From assembly GCA_963782915.1 (NCBI GenBank), contig CAWALK010000012.1, positions 256,001-320,000 of the forward strand: DNA of 64,000 bases, read 5' to 3'. The position numbers and the translations under genes are program-made. Source of the stretch: an uncultured archaeon (GTDB taxonomy: Archaea > Thermoproteota > Bathyarchaeia > Bathyarchaeales > Bathycorpusculaceae). This document shows positions 21,212 to 32,192 of this stretch, one piece after another (positions within the stretch are counted from its first letter, which is position 1; every line of letters begins with the position of its first letter). Under the pieces are notes generated by a model. The model ran no database searches, had not been told where the DNA came from, and saw only the letters and a list, made by a program, of their open reading frames with translations.

Positions 21212-21679
21212 TTAAAACGGTGCAGTTGTTGGATTAATCATGCTGACGTTGTAGTCTTCAAGTTTTCTAAAATGTTCTTCATCGGCTGTGTAAATTAGCT
21301 TTGTGTTCTCCGTCATGCATGCGGCTATTAGGGCATCGTTTACTGGGATGTTTGTTTTCTTTGCCCATTGAACAGCTTTTTGGCATGCTTCCTTTGTTAT
21401 TGATAAGTATCCGAGTCGTCTTGAACTTAGAAGAGTGCTCATTCTTGATTCGGCTTCGCTGCAACTGAGCAGTTTTCTTAGAACCGTAAAAACTTCAACT
21501 ATAATGATGGGATTAACCGCTAAAATGTAGTTTAGCTCGCCTTTTAGCCCGTTCTCCAGCAGGTTTAAGCATTTTTCGTGCCTTGTCTTGTCGGGGTAGT
21601 CTTTCAGCATTGCGTAAACTATAATGTTAGAGTCAACTATCGCAAGCGGTTTCGATTCGGCGTTGTTTATTCTTGCCAA
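21212..21679 (-). CDS. vapC: PIN-domain toxin (VapC family)
   Basis: IVDSNIIV, E, NDALIAA and IYTAD.HF acidic PIN motifs; likely TTG start at 21679 overlapping the antitoxin 3' end. Confidence 0.88.
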   Translation of the reverse strand: MARINNAESKPLAIVDSNIIVYAMLKDYPDKTRHEKCLNLLENGLKGELNYILAVNPIIIVEVFTVLRKLLSCSEAESRMSTLLSSRRLGYLSITKEACQKAVQWAKKTNIPVNDALIAACMTENTKLIYTADEEHFRKLEDYNVSMINPTTAPF

Positions 21680-21930
21680 GTTGTTTCTTCCATTATTTCT
21701 TGGAGTTTTTCGGGTGTCACATATTTTTTGAGTTTCGCTGGTTTTTGTAGCATTTGCCATACGGGGTCGTCTTCAAGTTTTTCGTTGGTAAAGTCTAGAA
21801 CGTTTACTTTGAAGCTATGGTCGTCGAGGGGTTCGATGATTACGGTAGTGCCTGGCTTTAGGTGTGTTTGGGCTCTGGTTTTTTTGTCTATTAGTATTCT
21901 GTGTTTTTGGTCAACTTTGGATGTTGACAT
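21667..21930 (-). CDS. AbrB/MazE/SpoVT-family antitoxin
   Basis: SKVDQKHRILI.K..R....LKPG..V swapped-hairpin motif, directly upstream of the PIN gene. Confidence 0.8.
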   Translation of the reverse strand: MSTSKVDQKHRILIDKKTRAQTHLKPGTTVIIEPLDDHSFKVNVLDFTNEKLEDDPVWQMLQKPAKLKKYVTPEKLQEIMEETTWQE

Positions 21931-22029
21931 ATTTTTTCCCACGTTTATTTCCCACTCAGTCCTAAATAAAACTTTTGCCAATACCAACCTCCCCAAAATT
22001 TCATATAATTCGAAGGCACCCTAAGCACA

Positions 22030-22187
22030 GTGCCTACGGCCTCATCGCAGTAAACAAGGCGTACCTCATTCTGGCGAACTCGAGCAATCGATAAAGAAGC
22101 CACAGTGCAACTCGACCATTACAGGGAAGGATACAATTACGCGGGTTTAGTCACGGCGTTGGTCTACTCGTAGGACGGGACACTTTT
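22030..22187 (+). ncRNA. Candidate structured ncRNA (~155 nt, rod-like, GCAA tetraloop)
   Basis: TATA-like ATATAA at 22003-22008; nested stems CCTACG/CGTAGG, TAAAC/GTTTA, GCGTA/TACGC, TGGC/GCCA and TCGA-GCAA-TCGA; T-tract end; no ORF. Confidence 0.45.
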
Positions 22188-22280
22188 GTTCTGGTATGCT
22201 AATAGAAGGCAGATATCGAGTTTTAACAGGGCAATAGATAACGAAGAGTAAGAACTGGATTATCTTGGGAGTTAGACCTT

Positions 22281-22472
22281 TTTGTCTTTATATAGGGGAT
22301 AGGGTGTCCTTTGAGAGTAACAAACCTTCGATGCAGCTTTGCATCTGCTTGCTAAAGTCTCCACAACCAGCCAGCAATGTGAATCAGACGCAGACACAAA
22401 AAAGCAACCGACGGCGCAGTCTACTGGTTGTTGTTGTGTATAGGAGATTTTCACCAACAACACACTGTAGAA
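22281..22472 (+). repeat. Dispersed intergenic repeat, full copy (A)
   Basis: TTTATATAGGGGATAGGG head plus ~130-bp body ending GTTGTTG...CAACAACACACTGTAGAA. Confidence 0.8.
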
Positions 22473-22570
22473 GAAGAGGTCAAGAAACACTGAACAGTAA
22501 CCTTTAAACGGATACGTTTATATTGAAATCTACAGTTTTAGTGACTACTCGAATCAAGGAAATGTAGAAT

Positions 22571-22963
22571 ATGTCTACCCATAGCAGTCTATACAAAAGA
22601 AAACTCACAGGCGGCAAAAAACGAGCTTACCGCAGCAAGAAACTCTACGAAGCAGGCGGATACCCAGCAGAGACAACTCTTGGTGAGCCAAGAAGAAAAT
22701 GCAAAAGAGCTATTGGCGGTAACGTAAGAATCAAAGCATTAAGTGACAAATTCGCTTCAGTAACAGACCCAAAAAGCGGCAAAACAGAGAAATCTGAAAT
22801 AGTTCGTGTTGTCAAAAACGGAGCAAACGTTGACTATAACCGCAGAGGAGTCATCACAAAAGGCGCAGAAATCGAAACTGAATTGGGCTTAGCTAAAGTT
22901 ACAAGTCGTCCAGGCTGCGACGGCGTAATCAGCGCAGTCCTAATCACTAAAGAAAAAGCCTAA
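22571..22963 (+). CDS. rps8e: 30S ribosomal protein S8e
   Basis: KRK.TGGK, R.K..YE.G, N.DY.RRGVITKGA.IET..G.A.VTSRPG.DG. Confidence 0.97.
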   Translation: MSTHSSLYKRKLTGGKKRAYRSKKLYEAGGYPAETTLGEPRRKCKRAIGGNVRIKALSDKFASVTDPKSGKTEKSEIVRVVKNGANVDYNRRGVITKGAEIETELGLAKVTSRPGCDGVISAVLITKEKA

Positions 22964-23009
22964 TTTTCCCTTTTAAAATATAAAAAAATATTTTTATTTG
23001 TTTAATGTT

Positions 23010-23321
23010 TTAGCGTTTAGTCTGCACGGGTTGCTGCTGATTCTTAATTTTCACAAGCTGCTTAGCTAACTTTTTAATTATGGCTTCTTTAGCTTCGTTC
23101 TTCTCAACCAGCAACATACCGCTCTTAGACCAGTGCATCTTGGGGAAATGGGCTTCAAGATTAATTTCGTTCTCTAAACCCAACTTATCAGCCGCTTCTT
23201 TAATTTCAACAATCTTGGGGGAAATCACCGCTTGACTCTTAGGCACACGGCGCCCTTCCTCTCTAGACTTGTTAATATCGAAGTATACTGGCCAAATGAT
23301 GGCTTTGTCAAGTTTCCGCAT
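23010..23321 (-). CDS. srp19: Signal recognition particle protein SRP19
   Basis: IIWPVYFD..KSR.EGRRVPK..A...P...EI..AA..LGL. Confidence 0.95.
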   Translation of the reverse strand: MRKLDKAIIWPVYFDINKSREEGRRVPKSQAVISPKIVEIKEAADKLGLENEINLEAHFPKMHWSKSGMLLVEKNEAKEAIIKKLAKQLVKIKNQQQPVQTKR

Positions 23322-23330
23322 TCATGTCAC

Positions 23331-25083
23331 CTATTTTTGGGCAAAGTAAACAGTTAGTTTTTCGCCGACTTCGTTTACCCGCACAAAGCCGAACCGTTCA
23401 AACTGTATGATGTCGTCTGGCTTTAACTTTTTGCAGGCATCCTCAGCAAAGCCTTCGATGACTGTGGCGTCTTGCTGGACTACGTCTGTTTTGTATTCTG
23501 CGCCTTTAGGGATCCACTGGATGAGTTGGGCCTTGAGTTTACGCACATCGTCATAGGATTCGCTCGCATACGATGCGGTTACGCAGTTGTCGGTTACTGT
23601 TTGGATTTGTATGTTGAATAGTTCCATGAGGCGCATGGTTTGCTGGGGCTGCATGGCTTGAGCGTCTTTTTGGGCAATCCACAAACTGGCCGTACACTCA
23701 TCACCTTCGGGTTTAACGGTGTATTCGCGGAAGCCCCGTTCAGGGTGCTCCGAATGCAGCGGCAGCTTTGCCTGGAAAATCTTGGGTAACCCAGACACTT
23801 TGAGTTCGACTGGTGATGCTACGAAGAAGTAGCGGTTGCTGGTGGAGTCAAGAATTTTACGGTTGTAAGAATTCAGGTTCTCCCAGCTCAAGGTTACATC
23901 GTTGGGTTTGATGCCTACGTCAACGATCATTTTCTTGATAGCTTCAGGGGTAATGCCGCGTTTTCTCAGCGCCGCAAAAGTGCCGAGTCGTGGGTCGTCG
24001 AAGTCTGCGTAGTCACCCTCTTTGATGCCTGCAACAATCTTGGATTTGGATAAGTGCTGCGCCCGTGATTTTTAGTCTGCCGTAATGGATGGCTTCGGGG
24101 TATTCCCAGCCGAGGTGCTGGTACATGTATTTCTGGCGCACCATGTTGGTGAAGTGTTCTTTGCCTCGGATGATATGGGTCATGCCCATCAGGTGGTCAT
24201 CTAAGCCTGCTGCCAAGTTGTATAGTGGCCAAAGGATGTATTTGCTGCCGACCCGTGGGTGAGGATACTTTTTGGTATCGATTATGCGCAGTGCTGGCCA
24301 ATCGCGGATGGCTGGGTTTGGATGGTCCAGTTCGGTTTTTATGCGGACTACTGCTTGTCCTTCTTGGTATCCGCCTGCGAGCATTTTGTGCCAACGCTCC
24401 AGCTGCTCATTGGCGGGTAGGTTTCGGCATGGGCAAGCCTCTTTCAACAAAGTTCGGTTATGGAATTCTTCAGCGGGGCATTCGCAGACATATGCGTTGC
24501 CGTCCCCGACCATCTTCTCAACATATCCGTAGTAGATTTCGAGGCGGTCGCTTTGGATGTATTCTTCGTCCCATGTGCAGCCGAGCCATTTGAGGTCTCT
24601 GCGGATGGCTTCATAATATTCCAGGGATGGCTTCTTGGTTTTGGGGTCGGTGTCTTCGAAGCGTAGGATGAATTTGCCGCTGTACATGCGGGCGTATTCG
24701 TGGCTTAGCACTATAGCGCGTGCGGAGCCCAAGTGCAGTACGCAGTCTGGGTTAGGTGAAAATCTGGTTACGATTTGCTTGTATTTGTCCGCGTTTGGCA
24801 GCGGAGGCAGTTTTTTCTCTTCTGCCTCATGCTTCTTTTGGGTATCGGGCCAATTCGCCTCAACAATAGCTTTCTGTTCAGCTAATGATAAACTGTTAAC
24901 TTCAGCTACAACCGCGTTGATAACGCCTGAAAGTTCCTTGATTTTGCTGCGGTACTCTGCTTTTTCGCCGAGAACTTTGCCTACCATTGCGCCTGCTTGC
25001 GCTTTACCATCATGACTAACCGCGTTCAACAATGCGGCTTTACGGATAAACTCACGTAATTCATTATCGTTTTCTAATGCCAA
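23331..25083 (-). CDS. gltX: Glutamate--tRNA ligase (frameshift near 24050)
   Basis: TRFSPNP, HLGS (HIGH), RFEDTDP, THIIRGKEH, split LSKS motif, DPRLGT, QFERFGF. Confidence 0.95.
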
Positions 25084-25100
25084 ACCTGATACGCTCGCAT

Positions 25101-26172
25101 TTACTTGTTTCGTGTTATCAAGAATTCAGCGAACGCTTTTAATTTTTCCTTAGCTTCGGGCGTAGGAAGAAGCTTATCTACCTCACTCCAGCTGTCCACA
25201 ACCATCTTTTCCGCGACTGCTTTGACATGCTCAAACGCGCCATATTTTTTGATGATGGCGATTGCTTCGTCGCGTAGGTTTTGGTCAAACGTGTGCATGT
25301 TGAGGATTTCGATTAAGCGTTGTTTGTCTGCAGCGTTGGCTTTTTGGAGTGTGTAGATGACTAGTAGGGAGCGTTTGCCTTCGCTTATGTCGCCGCCTGC
25401 GCCGCCTTTCTTTTTAGCGAATTCCTCGCCGATTAAATCTAAGTACGTCATCTTGCATCTGGAATGCGACGCCTATGCATTCGGCTAATCGCCCAAGCTT
25501 CTCAACCAGTTTGCCATCGGCATCTGAGAGAACCGCAGCCATTTTTGCAGCCATACGCGCCAGCGTGCCTGTTTTGTAGGCGCACATCTGCAAGTAATCC
25601 TGCTCACTCAGGTTGTCAGCGTTGGCTAAACTTCGGTGCCAAGCTATATCCATGGCTTGCCCCATACTGAGGTTAATCATTTCCTGCACGTAAATCTCAT
25701 AAACATCCCGCTGCGCCTCAGCAGAGAGCTTGTCTCTGTTTGCCATTATGGGTAAAAGCGGCAGGTAATACATGGCGTTGCCTGCGTTTACGGAGATGTC
25801 GAGTTGGAAGATTTTGTAGGTGCAGGGTTTGCCTCTGCGCATCTCACTGGAGTCTTCGATGTCGTCGATAACTAAGGTGCCGTTGTGGATGACTTCGGGG
25901 ATAACTGCGAAGTCAAGGCAGTAATCAGCCTGTTTGCCCAGTGCTTCACAGATAAGTAGGAAAAGTGCGGGTCTCCACCGTTTTCCGCCTCTGTCAAGCA
26001 TATCCCAGATTGGGTCAGCTATAGCTTTGTTGAGTGGTTCAAGGTTATAGCTATAGAGGGGAGGATTTACTTTGAAGAGAACTGCTTCTTTGGTGAATTT
26101 TCTTGGGAGATATTTTTCTATTGCTTTGTCGACTTTTGGTGCTGTTTCTTCAAGATACTTTTCGATGTCCAT
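25101..26172 (-). CDS. idsA: Geranylgeranyl diphosphate synthase / polyprenyl synthetase (frameshift near 25440)
   Basis: GGKRWRP, first DDxxD (DDIED), RRG, GQAMD, KTG, FQMQDD motifs. Confidence 0.9.
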
Positions 26173-26173
26173 G

Positions 26174-27279
26174 TTAGTATGCTCCTCGTTTTGCATATTT
26201 TTGGAGGTTGAAACCTCGGGCAGTTAACCATTCGGCTGTTTTGCCAGTGATGACAACTGGTGTGTTTGCTAAATCTGTGATTTTTTCTACGCCGACAAGG
26301 AACATAACGTTGCGGAGTTCCTCTATTAGGCATTGGAGTTTCTGTTCGGTTTCTTTTGTGCCTTTAACGGCTGTTTGGAGAATAGGCTGGACTATGCTGG
26401 CTAAGCTGGCGTTTAATGACTAGGGCTTTGGCGATGTCTGTGCCGCTGCGAACTCCGCCAGATGCGATTAATGGGAGTTTAACGGTTTGGGCTGACTCAA
26501 TCAGGCTTACAGCGGTGGTTATGCCCCAATCCCATAGTGCTTCACCCAAGAAATGCTGGATTTCGCCTTCTTTCTTTGAGACACGGTGGTATTCGACTGC
26601 TGCAAAGCTTGTTCCGCCGACTCCGCCGATGTCGATGGCTTTTACGCCTGCGTTTTCGAGGGCTTTGGCGTCTTCGGCTGAGATGCCTGCGCCCGTTTCT
26701 TTTACGATGACTGGTTGGTCTATTGCGCCTGCGATTTCCTCTATTTTGGCGAGGACACCTTTGAAGTTAGTTTGACCTTCTGGCTGCACAGCTTCCTGCA
26801 ACGCATTCAAGTGTACTGCAACTGCGTCGGCATCTATCATTTCAACGATGCGTTTGACTTCTTTCACGCCATAACCATGGACAAGTTGGACTCCGCCGAC
26901 GTTAGCGATTAAGAATGCGTGGGGTGCTTTTTCACGTGCAACCCTGTAAGTGCGTTCTAGGGTGCTGTTTTCTATGGCGGCTCTTTGGCTACCAACACCC
27001 ATGCCTAACCCAAGTTTTTCTACCGCTTCGGCTATGGCTGTGTTGATTTTGATGGCTTCTTCGGTGCCGCCAGTCATAGCGCCAACAATAATTGGGGCAG
27101 AGAATTTTTTGCCTAAAAAAGAAGTTGAAAGATTAATTTTGGCTTTATCGGTTTCTGGCAATGCTCGGTGAACCAAGTTGGATGTCTTCAAAGCCTGCTG
27201 TGGCTTTCTTAGCTTGCGCTTTATCATCCAAACAGATACGAATATGGTCTACTTTGCGTTTGCCAGTTTCCTCAGCCAT
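26174..27279 (-). CDS. fni: Type 2 isopentenyl-diphosphate delta-isomerase (two frameshifts)
   Basis: RK.DHI N-terminus from ATG 27279; MTGG, GSQR, HLN.LQE.VQPEG, KETG.G, GGTS, ASGG motifs. Confidence 0.92.
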
Positions 27280-27280
27280 T

Positions 27281-28084
27281 CTACGCCTTCTCTATTTCAG
27301 TGCCTAACACACTTTGGTCTGTTAAGGCTCTAAAGATAGATAACCCTTTTGTGGCGCCTGTGATGGTTACTTTAACGCCTGCTTCGACGGCTGGGATTAA
27401 CTCGGCGATTTTGCCTGCCATGCCGCCTGTAATGTCGGTGCCTTGGGCTTTTCCGATTTTGGGTTGTATCTCTTTTAGTTCTTGTAGGTTTAGTTTTTTG
27501 TAGGCTTTGGCGTTTGGGTTAAGTTTGGGGTCTGAGTCGAATAATCCGTCTGTGTCGGTTCCGACTACGATTTTTGAGGCTTTGTATTTGATGGCGAGCC
27601 ATGATACGAGTGAGTCTCCTGAGAGGACTGTGAAACCCATTTTTTCGTCGAGAACAACATCGCCGTACATGACTGGTATGAAATTCATTTTTTGGTACGC
27701 TTTTAGGAGGGTTTCGTCGAAGTATTTGACTTTGCCATTTTCGGTTATGAAGGAGCCTGATGGTGCGATGCTGACCGCTGGGATTTCATGCCAAATCAAT
27801 GCGTCCATGACTAAGCCGTTTAGCACTGTCATGACGTGGTGTGTTTCGGCGAATCCCAGTTTCTGGGTTGGGTCTTCTTTGTAACCGTCTTTTATGCCGT
27901 ATTTGGCTGCTGTTGGGTGACCGAAGCTTCCGCCGCCGTGAACTATGATTAGGTTATCTAGGTCTGCCCGCTTGATTTCTTCTGCTAAGCGGTTGATGAT
28001 TTCTGTTTTTGCGGCTAATTCTCCAGTCTTGTCAGTGATGGCTGAACCGCCGATTTTTAGAATGATTGGTCTTGCATCGCTCAT
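27281..28084 (-). CDS. ipk: Isopentenyl phosphate kinase
   Basis: KIGGS.ITDK, HGGGSFGH, SGD and DITGGM.GK motifs; lies upstream of fni. Confidence 0.93.
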   Translation of the reverse strand: MSDARPIILKIGGSAITDKTGELAAKTEIINRLAEEIKRADLDNLIIVHGGGSFGHPTAAKYGIKDGYKEDPTQKLGFAETHHVMTVLNGLVMDALIWHEIPAVSIAPSGSFITENGKVKYFDETLLKAYQKMNFIPVMYGDVVLDEKMGFTVLSGDSLVSWLAIKYKASKIVVGTDTDGLFDSDPKLNPNAKAYKKLNLQELKEIQPKIGKAQGTDITGGMAGKIAELIPAVEAGVKVTITGATKGLSIFRALTDQSVLGTEIEKA

Positions 28085-28261
28085 CGTAAATCGTACCTTA
28101 ACTATGAGTATTTATGTTCTGGTAATTTAACGTTGCAGTTGGTTTGCTGTGCCGTCTTGAAGGGTTATGGGGTTGTTTGTTTTATTTTTGGAGGCGTCTG
28201 TTTTGGTATGCACAGGTTTTTGGTAAGTATTGCGGGTTTTGATATGTTTGCTGTGCGGTTT

Positions 28262-28460
28262 TTTCTACAGTGTGTTGTTGCCGAAAATGCCCTATACACA
28301 ACAACAACCAGCGGATTGTGGAAATGCTTGCTTTTTTTGTTCTGCGGCTGGTGTGGGTTGCAGGTTGGTTGCGGCGGTTTCTGTAAGCAACTCGGTTTTA
28401 GGTGCTGGTGGACCTACCTACCTCAGAGGTACCTACCCCTCCCTTATTTAAAGAATAAAT
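28262..28460 (-). repeat. Dispersed intergenic repeat, full copy (B)
   Basis: Reverse complement has a TTTAAATAAGGGAGGGGTAGG head and a body colinear with copy A. Confidence 0.8.
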
Positions 28461-28472
28461 AGAGTAGGCTGC

Positions 28473-28508
28473 TGTTGCTCTGCCGACCTACCCCTCCCCT
28501 ATATATAG
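28473..28508 (-). repeat. Repeat head module (short form)
   Basis: Reverse complement TATATATAGGGGAGGGGTAGGTCGGCAGAGCAACA matches the modules at 45835 and 61887. Confidence 0.7.
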
Positions 28509-28896
28509 ATTCAACCGTAGGTTCAATTATCCAGTGAAGCGGGGATCAGAACAATCACACAACCAACCAAACGCTGTACGTTTGCTGAAGAACACCCAGG
28601 AAAAGCATGCGTTTGCGGGTTACCACCTGCTGGATCTAATGCTATTGTTAAGCAGCTGCTTCAGCTGTCGAGATGTTTTGTCTATGGAGTCACTGGTTTC
28701 TTCTAACTGGGGAAAATCTGCACTTAAAAATTCGTAATGTTCTAGCGGGATCAATTCGGCAATGTTTCGTAGGGTGTTTTCGCTTGATAACTGGCGCTGT
28801 TTTGAAGAAGGGGTATTTTGAACAAAGAGAAGTCATTTAAGTCAGCTTGTTTTTGGAAAAAAGGGAGAGAGCTCTAAAGCTCACCCATATCTAGGT

Positions 28897-29715
28897 CTAT
28901 TCCTCGGGTTCTCGGTCCTTGACGAAAGCCATGACGGCGACGATTGCGGCTATGACGCTGATAATTATGGCTGCATAGACCAATATGCTGTCTGCGTTTT
29001 CTCCCGCTGGGCCGGTTGAGCCTTTTGCGCCTTTGTCTCCTGTTTGGCCTGTGTCTCCTTTGGGTCCTGTTAGGTCTGGGACGATTATGGCTGTGTTTGC
29101 CATTGCGCCTGTTCTGGTTTGAGCCATTAAAGTGTAGTTGCCGCTGATGCTTGTTGGGATGATCAGTGTTACGGAGAAGTTGCCGAGATTATCGGTTACT
29201 CCGATGTCAGTGAAGTTGAATACTGGACCAGTAGCGCCTGCCAGTACGAAGCCGACGCCATCCATTTGGCCAAAACCGCTGCCGGTTACTTTGATGAGGT
29301 TGCTGTTGGCGGGTGAAGCAGTGATTTTTGGTGTTGCTGAGTTTGTGATGGTGTATACTGTGCTTGCAGTTACTGTGGAGGTTTTAGCGTATATGATGTA
29401 GGTTCCAGGGGCGGCGGATGGTAAGGTGACACTGTTTGCGAATTGACCGATGCTGCTGGTTGTTATATGTTCAGTGAAGTTATACACGACTACGCCGGTG
29501 GTTGCATTTGCCAGAGCAAGGTAAACGGTTTCGTTTGCGTTGAACATGTTGCCGATTACATTGATTACGTTGCTATTGCTGGTTGGAGCAACTGTTAAGG
29601 TTGCCACAGTGTTTGCGCTTGCAGTTGCCAATATGGGCGTAGCCAGCATGATGCAAAGCGCCACCAAGATTGCAAAGATATGTTTTCTATTCTTTTGTGG
29701 TTGTTTTTGGTTCAT
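28897..29715 (-). CDS. Surface protein with two Ig-like repeats, short collagen (Gly-X-Y) stalk and C-terminal TM anchor
   Basis: Signal peptide; duplicated SN.I.V.G..F...FNFTD...G.F....P....G.Y unit; GPKGDTGQTGDKGAKGSTGPAGEN. Confidence 0.8.
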   Translation of the reverse strand: MNQKQPQKNRKHIFAILVALCIMLATPILATASANTVATLTVAPTSNSNVINVIGNMFNANETVYLALANATTGVVVYNFTEHITTSSIGQFANSVTLPSAAPGTYIIYAKTSTVTASTVYTITNSATPKITASPANSNLIKVTGSGFGQMDGVGFVLAGATGPVFNFTDIGVTDNLGNFSVTLIIPTSISGNYTLMAQTRTGAMANTAIIVPDLTGPKGDTGQTGDKGAKGSTGPAGENADSILVYAAIIISVIAAIVAVMAFVKDREPEE

Positions 29716-29726
29716 TCATATTCCTC

Positions 29727-31038
29727 CTATTCGTATCTCAAGGCTTCTACAGGTCTAAGCTTAGATGCTCTCCATGATGGATACAGGGCAAAGATAACGC
29801 TAATACCAACACCGAAACCAAACGCGCCTACGAGCACTAACGGAGTTAATACTGGCGTTAAAGTTATCCCGCCGGCTGACCCGAGCAACCCTGAACCTAA
29901 GATGTTGGCGACGACAATTGCTAAGCCATAGCCAGCAACTATACCGATGACTGCACCCAGTACGCCAATGATTGCTGCTTCGCCTATGAAAATTGACAGT
30001 ACAGTTCTGCGTTTCATGCCTAATGCTTTCAGGATGCCTATTTCGCGAGTGCGCTCAATCATCGAGACAAGCATGATGTTCATTATGCCAACGCCTGCGA
30101 CTAGTAGCGAGATGCCTGCGATGCCAACGAGGAACAATTGTATAATGCTAAAGATTGAATTAATCGTGGCAAGCATGGATGTAGATGACATAACAGAGAC
30201 GTCGGAGCCATATTCGTCTTTGATTGCTTTAGTTACTGCGTCGATGGTGGCGGAGTCGCTGTTTGTGAGTTTCACGATGATCATGCTGCATTTAGTGGTG
30301 CCAAAGAAGTTTTCTGCTTCCTTGATAGGCATGTAGACGCCTGTATCAGATGGACCAGATAGGCTTAAGCCGCCGACTTCTTCAAGTACACCGGTAACAG
30401 TGACGCTGCTAAGTTTCATTTGTAAGCGGATATGTTGTGGAGTTAGTCCAACTGACGTTGATATGGTCGCCTGTGTTGAAGTAGATTGTACCGTTATCGC
30501 CGGGATCGTTCACGTGGGCGCCTATAACAACCTCGTTGTTGTCGGGGTTATTTGGGATGCTGCCGTCTTTTGCTACAAACGTGGAGCTGTACACTTCGGG
30601 GTAGGTTTCAAAATCAACGCCGTATAGAGTGACAGACCCATTGAGGTTCTCACTTACGATGTATCCACTACGACTGATAACCGGAGTTACCGTTTCAATA
30701 TCGGTAGACAACGAGCTAATTATCTCGGTATCGTTGAGGTAGAGTGCAAACCCTGAATCACCACTTGAAGTACTAGCGCCTCCGCCAAACCCTTGATTGG
30801 GACTTGGAGGTCCGCTAATACCGCCAAGAGCGCCGCCACCCGCAGTCAAAACTAGAGTGTCAGCAGACAAGCCATCATTTAACTGGCTTGTTAACGATGT
30901 CTGCAACCCTTGAGTGATTGATAGAAGCGCCACAATAGCCGCGATACCAATCACTACACCTAGAGTTGTTAATGCTGCTTTCAGCTTGCGAAGCCTAATG
31001 GCATTGAAAGAAAAACCGAAAATATCAGATGTTCGCAT
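29727..31038 (-). CDS. MacB/FtsX-type ABC transporter permease (frameshift near 30415)
   Basis: RKL.A.LT.LGVVIGIAA; GI.NIM.VS..ERTREIG.LKALG; YP.WRASKL.PVEALRYE. Confidence 0.9.
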
Positions 31039-31039
31039 T

Positions 31040-31724
31040 TTAATTCACAACTTCCTCGGCTATATTGCCATCAACCATTCGCACAGTTCTTGAAGCCTCA
31101 TGGGCTAATTTTTCATCGTGCGTAACCATGATGATGCTGACTTTTTTTTCCACATTTAGCATATGGATTAAATCCATCACTTCCCGTGCCGTCTTGGAGT
31201 CAACGTTTCCAGTCGGCTCGTCTAAGCAAAAGGAATTTGGGATTGTTAGCTAATGCGCGTGCAACAGCTACACGTTGCTGTTGTCCACCACTCAATTCAG
31301 CAGGTTTATGCTTCATTCTATCCTTTAGACCTACAGTTTCAAGAAGCTCAACTGCGCGTTTGCGTCTTTTCCGTTTACTCATGTTAGCTATTGACATGGA
31401 TAATTCGACGTTGTCACGGGCGCTTAATCTTGGGATTAGGTTAAAGAATTGGAAAACAAAGCCTATTTTGAGTCTTAGTTCCGAAAGTTGGTTATCGTTA
31501 AGCATTGCGATGTCCATGCCATCTATCAGAAGCCTTCCCGATGTGGGTTTATCTAGTGCTCCGATAAGATTGAGCATTGTTGACTTGCCGCTTCCAGACG
31601 GTCCAAGTATTGATACGAATTCGCCGTCGCCAACATGAAGGTTTACTCCTCGTAGGGCTTCGACGGGCACTTTTCCAAGCATATAGGTTTTCTTCAAATC
31701 TATAGCTTCAACTATTGCTACCAT
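31040..31724 (-). CDS. ABC transporter ATP-binding protein, LolD/MacB-type (frameshift near 31225)
   Basis: GPSGSGKST and LSGGQQQRVA; DEPTGNVD and VTHD recovered in the shifted frame. Confidence 0.9.
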
Positions 31725-31894
31725 TTTTTTACCTCGTTCCTGGATATATTTGAATGCAATATATTGGGGCGGCTTAAAAGGCGGACTCATTCGGAGGGAG
31801 TACTAAGGTGAATTCGATCATGGAATAATGAATACCCAATTCATCAGATGAGAGAAAAAAGGAAAAGGAAATCAAGAAATGATTCAGAATTAAA

Positions 31895-32192
31895 TTAGGT
31901 ATGAACTTTTAGTCGAGGAAATTTAAGTTGCCCAACATACTTCATTATCCAGTTTACAAGATCATCATATGCTTGGTGAACCCTCTTTAGTTAAACATAC
32001 CAAATTGTCCTCATTAACTACGATAAAACCCCGTTCAGACATCCAAGCTAAATATTTCACCAATTTATCATATGCCAAACCCGTGGAAGTGGCTAGAGCA
32101 GTTTTGTTCATTTTATTTTTTTCTTTCAACGCCTTTATTATGCGGGCGATGACGTAGAGGTCGGGTTTAGAACTCTGCTCGCTCAAGCTCAT
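31895..32192 (-). CDS. Small winged-HTH regulator (HTH_45-like; C-terminal frameshift)
   Basis: KT.LA..TGL.YD...KYL.W....GFI......LT.EG, continuing in the shifted frame as YDDLVNWI. Confidence 0.75.

Noticed and set aside
21212-21930. AbrB-VapC module as part of a mobile element or defence island
   Set aside because: An ordinary type II toxin-antitoxin pair; no integrase, transposase or flanking repeats nearby.
22030-22500. SRP (7S) RNA next to rps8e/srp19
   Set aside because: No helix-8 SRP54-binding motif (CAGG..GGAA..AGCA) seen on either strand; the region is too short and not GC-rich enough.
22281-28508. Repeat family as a CRISPR array or ORB-type replication origin
   Set aside because: Copies are dispersed and degenerate, not regularly spaced; there are no cas or cdc6 genes and no TCCA-N-TGGA ORB core.
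28620-28830. Open minus-strand frame (...ENTLRNIAELIPLEHYEFLSADFPQLEE...SRW*)
   Set aside because: Protein-like, but with no clear start codon or recognisable motif; it cannot be supported without a homology search.
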